Shown piece after piece: positions 6,899-13,503 of a DNA stretch of 13,503 bases. The notes below the pieces were generated by a model that was given only the letters and a program-made list of their open reading frames with translations, was not told the DNA's origin and did no database searches. Numbering within the stretch: the stretch's first letter is position 1; each line of letters begins with the position of its first letter. Made by a program: the position numbers and the translations under genes. The stretch is taken from NCBI GenBank assembly GCA_051747805.1, contig JBNJGP010000074.1, positions 1 through 13,503 on the forward strand, read 5' to 3'. The DNA is from Candidatus Muiribacteriota bacterium (GTDB lineage Bacteria; Muiribacteriota; Muiribacteriia; Muiribacteriales; Muiribacteriaceae).

Positions 6899-8606
6899 CG
6901 TTACCTCCACTTAAAATATTATCAATAAATTCTGTTGTTTCTTCAAGACATAAGGGAAGACCATCAAATTTGAGAACTTTTTTATAAATATCAATATTAA
7001 AAATTTTTTTCAAAAGTTCGCCGAACTGTCCGGTGTAATTATTCTCTAAAATAATTATTCTTTCTGCTTTTTTCAGATAATTATATGCTTCATCGGGAAC
7101 AGGGTAAATCTGAGAAAAATGAAGTGCTGATAATCCATTTCCTCCTGAGTTTTCAATAAGTTCTTCTGCCAGTCCATAATTTGAACCCCAGCATACTATA
7201 AGGTCTTTATAATTTTCCTTACCTATCAGCGTTGGTGCAATTGAAAAATCTTTCATATCTTTAAGTTTGTTCATCCTTTTTTGTACCTGAGCAACTCTTA
7301 CATTGAAATCCTCGGTTATCTCACCATATTCATTGTGTTCGTCACTATCAACACGGACAAGACCTTTACCATAGCCGGGTAATTTTCTTTTAGATATTCC
7401 ATCTTCAGTTATCTCATATCTTTTATAATCTTCTTTGTTATCAGTTATGTATTTTTTATTATCTATTTTAATATCCCTGATGTTGATATTCTGCTCTGTA
7501 AAAGTGGAATCAACAAGAAACTGATCTGTTAGTATTATTACTGGTACTTGAAATTTGTCGGCAATATCAAAAGCTTTGGAGGCGATATTAAAACATTGTT
7601 CTGCATTCCCTGGAGAGAGTATTACCCGCGGAAAATCACCATGTCCGCCATATAGAACAAGATTAAGATCCCCCTGTTCTGTTCTGGTAGGCAATCCAGT
7701 GCCTGGCCCAGGTCTTTGTGATACATGTATTACACAGGGCGTTTCGGTGATGCCTGATAGACTGAGTCCTTCTTCCATAAGAGCAAATCCGCCGCCTGAT
7801 GTTGTAACAATAGCTCTTGCGCCAGCATACCATGCACCGAGGCACATATTTATTGCGCTTATCTCATCTTCTGCCTGTTCTACAAACACTCCGTGTTCTT
7901 TTCCTTGTTCTGCAAGAAAAATAAGGACTCCAGTCGAGGGGGACATAGGATAACTTGATATAAAGTTGCACCCGCCTGCAAGTGCTCCAAGTCCCAAAGC
8001 TTGTGAGCCATTCATGATGTAGTTATTTTTATCAGGAGTTTCAGCAAGGTCTGAAATGTTTAACTTTTCTGATTTATTTCTGCATGAGGAATATCCATTG
8101 AGAAAAGCCTGCCTGTTTTTTTTAGGAGATTTTTTGGAAAAAATGTTATCAACAACTTTAAGGCAAATTTCTTTATCAAAGTGAAGGTAACTGCATATAT
8201 AACCACATACAGCTGTGTTTGAAAACAGCTTTTCTTCTACATTCCCTTTAATACCATCCATATCAAGATTTACCATGTTATTATAGGTTTTTTTTGGTTC
8301 TTCTTTGTTACCATCGTAAAATATAGTGGTTTTACCGGATATTCTATCATCAAGCCGATTGATTCCACCATTTTTCAGTGAAAAAAGCAAATCAGGAGAT
8401 TTTATATAAGCACTTTTTGGCGAGTCTGATATTCTGATTAAAAGTGAATTCAGTCCGCCGCGTATGCGCGACATGAGTTCTTTTGAGGTAAAAGTAAACA
8501 AACCGCTATTTTTTATTGCGCCGGATAGTATTTTTTCTATTGTTTCTATGCCCTGGCCAGCTGCTCCAGAAAGCAGTATATTAATACTTTGAGTATTTTT
8601 GTTCAT
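6891..8606 (-). CDS. korA: 2-oxoacid:acceptor oxidoreductase alpha subunit (fused gamma-alpha type)
   Basis: Motifs GAAGQGI, SRIRGG, YPMSPS, QAEDEISA, TTSGGGFALM, QRPGPGTGLPTRTEQGDL and ENNYTGQ. AGGAGG RBS at 8616-8621. Confidence 0.93.
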   Translation of the reverse strand: MNKNTQSINILLSGAAGQGIETIEKILSGAIKNSGLFTFTSKELMSRIRGGLNSLLIRISDSPKSAYIKSPDLLFSLKNGGINRLDDRISGKTTIFYDGNKEEPKKTYNNMVNLDMDGIKGNVEEKLFSNTAVCGYICSYLHFDKEICLKVVDNIFSKKSPKKNRQAFLNGYSSCRNKSEKLNISDLAETPDKNNYIMNGSQALGLGALAGGCNFISSYPMSPSTGVLIFLAEQGKEHGVFVEQAEDEISAINMCLGAWYAGARAIVTTSGGGFALMEEGLSLSGITETPCVIHVSQRPGPGTGLPTRTEQGDLNLVLYGGHGDFPRVILSPGNAEQCFNIASKAFDIADKFQVPVIILTDQFLVDSTFTEQNINIRDIKIDNKKYITDNKEDYKRYEITEDGISKRKLPGYGKGLVRVDSDEHNEYGEITEDFNVRVAQVQKRMNKLKDMKDFSIAPTLIGKENYKDLIVCWGSNYGLAEELIENSGGNGLSALHFSQIYPVPDEAYNYLKKAERIIILENNYTGQFGELLKKIFNIDIYKKVLKFDGLPLCLEETTEFIDNILSGGNDE

Positions 8607-8822
8607 TTGTATTATCCTCCTACTTATATTTATTATTTATGATAACAGACTATAAAGACATTTACAAATTAAATAGCTAAATAAGAAAAAAAAGATAATT
8701 AGAAGAGGAGTAGAGATTTGAAAATCATTAGAGGGCATTTTTCAATATTGTATAATATTAACAGGAAATTCATCAAAAATTAATTTTTTTAAAAAAACCT
8801 GACATTTTTCATTAAAAAAAGT

Positions 8823-8851
8823 TTGACTATATATTATTATATATTTAAAAT
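8823..8851 (+). promoter_or_regulatory. Putative sigma70 promoter for the two OmpA-domain genes
   Basis: TTGACT (8823-8828), 17 nt, TAAAAT (8846-8851), about 30 nt upstream of ATG 8881. Confidence 0.55.
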
Positions 8852-8880
8852 AAACTAATTGCAAAAAAAGGGGGATTACA

Positions 8881-9822
8881 ATGTTTAAAAAATTTATTTT
8901 TTTATTTTTAATTTTTGCCTTTTTGAATACTTATTCAAAGAATTCAGATAAAGTTGCGTTACCGGTTGGAATTATCGCCGGGTCAGACTATTATTATAGC
9001 GAAACAAATGATTTTGCAGATTATTCAATTCCCCTGAAGCCAATCGAAAGTGGCGATTTTGGAAAAATAAAAAATATACAGGGAAATATTGTAAGAGCAT
9101 TATATACACATAAAGAAGAATCTTCTTATTCAATTTTTAAAACTTATTTAAACGAATTTGAAAAAGAAGGATATAAAATTCTATTTAAGGTAGATGGAAA
9201 CGAAGGTGGCAGTGGATTTAATAAAAGGGTTTATGATTTAAATCCTGTTGAAACAGATAGAAATATGCTCAGGTCAGGACCATTTAAAGGTGGTTCAAAC
9301 TCAAATCAAAATTATATTGCTGCTGTAAAAAAACTTGCAGATAGAGAAATTTATATAACATTAAATGTTAATACTGGATGGTTTAAATATCCGATTTATA
9401 GAATTGATGTAATTGAAACAGAGGTTGAAATGCCTGTTATAAAATCAGTTGAAGATATTAAATTACTAATGGAAACTGATGGAAGAGTTCCTGCCTATGA
9501 TATTGAGTTTGAAGAAGAAAGTTCTATTCTTAAAGAAAGTTCATATGAAACACTTGCTATTATTGCTGAATATATTTTAAATTCAACTGAAATGAACTTC
9601 CTGATTGTTGGTCATACAAATCATATAAAGGATATTGATTCAAATTATGCTTTATCAAAAGAAAGGGCAGAGGCTGTGATAGAATATTTGCAGACTAATT
9701 TTAAAATTACTCAAACGATGACGGGTTATGGCGTTGGTGTATTTTGCCCGATTTTTTCAAATAATACTGCAAATGGACGTCGTTTTAATGAAAGAATTGA
9801 AATAGTAGTTAATAGGAAATAA
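8881..9822 (+). CDS. Exported DUF4892-like + degenerate OmpA_C domain protein
   Basis: Signal peptide; N-domain clearly homologous to both repeats of the next gene (KVDGNEGGS, LNPV..DRN, GGSNSNQ, GWF.YP.YRID); C-terminal IVGHTN, LSKERAEAV and GRRFNERIEI. Confidence 0.87.
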   Translation: MFKKFIFLFLIFAFLNTYSKNSDKVALPVGIIAGSDYYYSETNDFADYSIPLKPIESGDFGKIKNIQGNIVRALYTHKEESSYSIFKTYLNEFEKEGYKILFKVDGNEGGSGFNKRVYDLNPVETDRNMLRSGPFKGGSNSNQNYIAAVKKLADREIYITLNVNTGWFKYPIYRIDVIETEVEMPVIKSVEDIKLLMETDGRVPAYDIEFEEESSILKESSYETLAIIAEYILNSTEMNFLIVGHTNHIKDIDSNYALSKERAEAVIEYLQTNFKITQTMTGYGVGVFCPIFSNNTANGRRFNERIEIVVNRK

Positions 9823-9856
9823 ACTTAAGTAATAAAGTTATTTATTGGAGGAGCAG

Positions 9857-11302
9857 ATGCAAAAAAAATTATTTTTACCTTTTATTTTAATTTCTTTAAT
9901 TTTTATCCCTCTGGCAGACATAAGTGAATTAATTCTAATTGAAGATATAAAAGGAGCTAATCAGAGTTATCAGGAATTTGTGCATTTTGATAAATATAAT
10001 ATTCTACTTGGTCCATTAGAAGGAGGAGAATTTCCTGAAACAAAAGAAGTTCGAGGTTCTATTGTTCGAACGATTTATACTCATAAAGAAGAAAATATAG
10101 TTAATGTTTTTGAACATTTTATTACTGAGTTGAATAAAAATAATTTTGAAATTCTATATAAGGTAGAGGGTAATGAAGGGGGGAGTAAATTCAATCGACA
10201 CATATACAGTTTAAATCCAGTACATTACGATAGAAATGGTAGTCGCTCTTATCCATTTACAGGGGGTTCTAATTCTAATCAGTATTATATTGTTGCAAAG
10301 CATTTAAATGATGGCGATGAGGTTTTTGTAACAGTAAATATAAATATAGGATGGTTTAATTATCCTGTTTACAGGATAGATTTTATTCATACTCATGATG
10401 AAATTCCAGATATGGAAGTGGCGTTTGCAGATGATTTAAAACTTCCAGTAAAGAAAATTAAAAATTCAAGTCAGAATTATCAGGAAATAGTCAATATGGA
10501 TAAATATAACCTTATATTAGGACCTGTTGTTGATGGAGAGATAAGTGAAATAAAAAATATTGAAGGTAGTATTATACGCTCATTTTACAGGTTTGAAAAT
10601 CAATCAGCTTATGGGATTTATATGGCTTATCTTAGAGAACTGGATAAACAGGGTTTTGAAATCCTATATAAAATGGAAGGTAATGAAGGTGGCAGTAAAT
10701 TTAAAAATATTGTTTATAGTTTAAATCCAGTAGATCACGATAGAAATGGTAGTCGCTCTTTTCCATTTACAAATGGTTCTAACTCTAATCAGTATTATAT
10801 AACAGCCGTAAAAACATTAGAAGAAAAAGAAATTTATTTTACTTTTAATATTAACCACGGATGGCATTCTTATCCATATTTAAGAGTTGATATAATCAAA
10901 ACTGACGCGGAGGGACCAAATATAATTACTGCCGACGAAATAGAGCGTTCCATTCAGGAAAGAGGTCGAATAGAGATGTATGGGATTTTATTTGATAGCG
11001 GTAGTTATAGGTTAAGAAAAGAGTCCAGGAAAGCAATTGATTTAATAGCTGATTTTATAGAAAAAAATCCAGATAAAAATTATTATATAGTAGGGCATAC
11101 AGATATGAGAGGGAGTATTAAGATGAATATGGAATTATCGCAAGGCCGGGCAGAATCCGTATTAAATTTCTTGATTTCAAATTTTAATGTTAATAAAAAT
11201 AGAGTACAGGCTAAAGGGGTCGGCCCGCTTTATCCAGTGGCCTCAAATCAAACAGAAGAAGGAAGACAATTAAATAGACGAGTAGAGCTTGTTTGTTTTT
11301 AA
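9857..11302 (+). CDS. Exported protein with two tandem DUF4892-like domains + OmpA_C domain
   Basis: Start moved to ATG 9857, after GGAGG (9847-9851). It has a 170-aa internal duplication and C-terminal ILFDSGS, IVGHTD, NMELSQGRAESV and GRQLNRRVEL. Confidence 0.9.
   Translation: MQKKLFLPFILISLIFIPLADISELILIEDIKGANQSYQEFVHFDKYNILLGPLEGGEFPETKEVRGSIVRTIYTHKEENIVNVFEHFITELNKNNFEILYKVEGNEGGSKFNRHIYSLNPVHYDRNGSRSYPFTGGSNSNQYYIVAKHLNDGDEVFVTVNINIGWFNYPVYRIDFIHTHDEIPDMEVAFADDLKLPVKKIKNSSQNYQEIVNMDKYNLILGPVVDGEISEIKNIEGSIIRSFYRFENQSAYGIYMAYLRELDKQGFEILYKMEGNEGGSKFKNIVYSLNPVDHDRNGSRSFPFTNGSNSNQYYITAVKTLEEKEIYFTFNINHGWHSYPYLRVDIIKTDAEGPNIITADEIERSIQERGRIEMYGILFDSGSYRLRKESRKAIDLIADFIEKNPDKNYYIVGHTDMRGSIKMNMELSQGRAESVLNFLISNFNVNKNRVQAKGVGPLYPVASNQTEEGRQLNRRVELVCF
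10144..10800 (+). repeat. Intragenic direct repeat with a 510-nt offset (best-conserved parts 10144-10290 and 10654-10800)
   Basis: ACGATAGAAATGGTAGTCGCTCTT is identical at 10227-10250 and 10737-10760, and the flanks align without gaps. Confidence 0.9.
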
Positions 11303-11306
11303 TTTA

Positions 11307-11335
11307 TTGACATATAAATATAATAAATCTATAAT
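11307..11335 (+). promoter_or_regulatory. Consensus sigma70 promoter
   Basis: TTGACA (11307-11312), 17 nt, TATAAT (11330-11335). RBS GGAGG at 11374-11378. Confidence 0.8.
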
Positions 11336-11384
11336 ATAAGTAAGAATTAACAAAAATTAATAAACTTTTACTTGGAGGCATTAA

Positions 11385-12530
11385 ATGAAAAAAATCCTAT
11401 CCCTTTTTTTATTTATTTTTATTTTTATTAATACTTTTTCTCTAGCGCCATTAAGACCGGATCAAAAACAGATACAACTTATTAAAAACAATGATGGAAC
11501 TTTTACTATTGAAAATTTCAGGTTTGGTTTTCCTGAAGGAACTTTAGATTCGGCTGAGTTTAGAAAGGCAACAATAGATCCTTCTAAGGTAAAAGATGTT
11601 TACTACTGGTCAAAGGATTTTCCGCCCAAATATATTGGAGCACATGGTATGCTAATGTTTCTAATGAAAGACTTTGACGGTATAATAACTAATAATGGGG
11701 AAAAAGAAATTGGTATAGTTTTATCTGTTGAGGCATGGCTTAGAACTGATCAATCATATTCTATTGTTAAGGGAATAAAACCCGGTAATTATCCTATAAT
11801 ATATACTGTAACCGGTTATAAAGATGGGATTCAAAGAGCAATTAATGTAGGTGGTCTTACAATTGGCCAATACAAATTAAAACTTAATCAAAACCAAAAA
11901 ATAAAACTACTTATAAATTCTCTTGAAAAGGCGGCTAAAAGTAAGGATGAAAGTTATAATACATTAGTAAATTCTTGTGTTACAACAGTTTTTGACCTTG
12001 TTAATGAAGTAATTCCCAAAGAAAAAAGACTGAAAAAATGGGTAATCCCATATGTTCTTTTAAATCCAAGGGTTATTCTTCCCAGGCTTGCTCCGGATTA
12101 TTTGCAATCAAAAAATTTAGCTTATAAAAAAGATGCTCTTATTGATATGAACTCTGTAATAGAAATTGAAACTGAGCAAGGTCTTCATAAAATCAATGTT
12201 GCTCAACTTCCTACAAAACCCACCCGAAGAAGTGATCTTGATTTTGTTCAATTTGATAATACTATTAAAAACTATTTAACTACTTTAAATATGATGAAAG
12301 AATTGGCTAACTCAAATAACTTATCTGCAAATATGCTTTATAAACAGTTTTTATTTGAGACCGATATAATGCTTGAAGATATTGAAAATATGGTAAAAAC
12401 CAATCCAGAAAAATATTATAACCATTATTTTGATAATGAATTAAATCAAATCCAGGGAACAGAAGATATAACTGCGATTGTTGAAAGTGTTATGGTTTCG
12501 GTTCTTGACGTTTATTTAGAGGAAGGATAA
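11385..12530 (+). CDS. Exported DUF4105 (Lnb N-terminal-like) domain protein with a helical C-terminal extension
   Basis: Signal peptide; TIENFRF, GAHGMLMF, IVLSVEA...YS..KG...Y.IIY and YNTLVNSCVT resemble the DUF4105 AH... and YNTL..NCTT motifs. Confidence 0.7.
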   Translation: MKKILSLFLFIFIFINTFSLAPLRPDQKQIQLIKNNDGTFTIENFRFGFPEGTLDSAEFRKATIDPSKVKDVYYWSKDFPPKYIGAHGMLMFLMKDFDGIITNNGEKEIGIVLSVEAWLRTDQSYSIVKGIKPGNYPIIYTVTGYKDGIQRAINVGGLTIGQYKLKLNQNQKIKLLINSLEKAAKSKDESYNTLVNSCVTTVFDLVNEVIPKEKRLKKWVIPYVLLNPRVILPRLAPDYLQSKNLAYKKDALIDMNSVIEIETEQGLHKINVAQLPTKPTRRSDLDFVQFDNTIKNYLTTLNMMKELANSNNLSANMLYKQFLFETDIMLEDIENMVKTNPEKYYNHYFDNELNQIQGTEDITAIVESVMVSVLDVYLEEG

Positions 12531-13375
12531 TGAAATATTACTTTTTTAGAGTATCTGGTTTTTTTATTGGATTAATTCCCAACTGTCTTTTAGCATTTGC
12601 AGGTAAAGTATTAGGAAGTCTTGTTTTTATATTCTGGAAAAAAAGAAGAAAAATTGGTTTTGATAATTTAAAAAATGTTTATCCTGAAAAAACAGATAAG
12701 GAAATTAATTTTATATTAAAGCTGAACTTTATAAATTTTGCATATACATTATTTGAAATGTTCAAGCAGCCATATGTAAAAAAAAATTTAGATAATATTT
12801 TCACTGTAAAGGGAATTGATAAGCTAGAAAAATTTTACAGACAAAATAAAGGTGTGATTTTAATAACAGCACATTTTGGAAACTGGGAACTTGGTGGAAG
12901 TCTGATTTGTGCTCTCGGTTACAAGCTTTCGGTAATTCAGAAAAAGCAGAAAAATTCTGCGTTTGATAAATTAATTAACCATTATAGAAAATTAAATAAT
13001 ATAAAACCAATTGGAAGAAAAGCAGCATTAAAAGAAGGTGTAAAAGCCTTAAAAAAAGGAGAAATATTAGGAATTATTTCTGATCAGAAAACCAAAACAG
13101 GTGGTGTTTTTATAGATTTTTTCAATCAGCCCGCTCTAACAACAACATTACCAGCAAAATTGTATCTTAAATTTGATTCCCCTATAATTTTTATATATGT
13201 TAAAAGGAAAGCTTTTATGAAATTTGAAATAAACTTTTATGATTCTTATGAAGAAAAAAATGCAAATACCGAAGAAATTTCTAAATATATAAATAAAAGT
13301 CTTGAATCATTTATAAAGGAAACCCCTCATCAATGGTTCTGGGCGCATAGAAGATGGGAGGGTGTCGGTTCTTGA
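12530..13375 (+). CDS. Lysophospholipid / lipid A biosynthesis acyltransferase (LpxL/HtrB family)
   Basis: Motifs RRKIGFDNL, GVILITAHFGNWE, LKKGEILGIISDQ, FIDFF and PHQWFWAHRRW. The start overlaps the upstream stop (TAATG). Confidence 0.9.
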   Translation: MKYYFFRVSGFFIGLIPNCLLAFAGKVLGSLVFIFWKKRRKIGFDNLKNVYPEKTDKEINFILKLNFINFAYTLFEMFKQPYVKKNLDNIFTVKGIDKLEKFYRQNKGVILITAHFGNWELGGSLICALGYKLSVIQKKQKNSAFDKLINHYRKLNNIKPIGRKAALKEGVKALKKGEILGIISDQKTKTGGVFIDFFNQPALTTTLPAKLYLKFDSPIIFIYVKRKAFMKFEINFYDSYEEKNANTEEISKYINKSLESFIKETPHQWFWAHRRWEGVGS

Positions 13376-13400
13376 CAATGACAAAAGTTTGGTAAAACAA

Positions 13401-13503
13401 GTGGTCAAGCCGACATAAAAGTAAAAAGCTTTCAGCTTAGTAAAATCACCTAAAGGTGATAGTAAAGTTATCTAACGATAACAGTAAAGTAAATTAAAAT
13501 TTA
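13401..13503. repeat. 38-nt dispersed leader followed by an AGTAAA-linked mini-hairpin array, truncated at the window end
   Basis: From 13420: AGTAAA-AAGCT TTC AGCTT-AGTAAA-ATCACC TAAA GGTGAT-AGTAAA-GTTATC TAAC GATAAC-AGTAAA-GTAAAT TAAA ATTTA... Confidence 0.8.

Noticed and set aside
6236..7953. ORFs 6236-6589, 6384-6596, 7555-7953 (+) and 7663-7845 (-)
   Set aside because: Shadow or alternate-frame ORFs inside korA and korB.
9845..9856. ORF-track starts at 9845 (TTG) and 6910 (GTG)
   Set aside because: Both overlap or abut GGAGG Shine-Dalgarno motifs. The downstream ATGs at 9857 and 6898 have proper RBS spacing.
10144..10800. The 510-nt-offset repeat as a DGR TR/VR pair
   Set aside because: Both copies are in-frame coding sequence and the mismatches include non-adenine changes (ATT/ATC, GGG/GGT, AAT/AAC). 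It is an ordinary domain duplication.
13420..13503. Hairpin array as a CRISPR array
   Set aside because: The constant part is only 6 nt, the period is 22 nt, the variable parts are self-complementary, and no cas genes are in the window.
1..13503. Complete DGR cassette, transposase, integrase, tRNA or rRNA
   Set aside because: I found no RT-like ORF, no AAC-rich second copy of 4086-4232, no recombinase or transposase ORF and no tRNA or rRNA-like sequence by eye.

Overview
AT-rich bacterial window, probably from a diderm anaerobe (inferred from OmpA-domain genes, an LpxL-like acyltransferase and a 2-oxoacid:ferredoxin oxidoreductase). Genes in order: 5'-truncated MOSC-domain gene; uncharacterised membrane protein; 799-aa lipoprotein with four InlB-B-like repeats and a C-terminal FGE-sulfatase/CLec domain; DUF4892-like/OmpA protein (- strand); mosaic pseudogene of TrkH/KtrB and receiver-domain fragments broken by a heptamer repeat; korAB-like pair (- strand); two more DUF4892-like/OmpA paralogues, one with an internal domain duplication; DUF4105-like protein coupled to an LpxL-like acyltransferase. 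Three signals stand out. (1) A 22-nt-period array of mini-hairpins with a constant AGTAAA linker and fully compensatory stem changes runs off the 3' end; its 38-nt leader recurs inverted at 1661-1698 inside a larger inverted repeat. (2) The last ~150 nt of the lipoprotein gene look like a DGR variable region, but no template repeat or RT is in the window. (3) Degenerate GGGGTCAGGTCT-type REP-like motifs sit at several gene 3' ends. All family calls are by eye from motifs; no database search was run.
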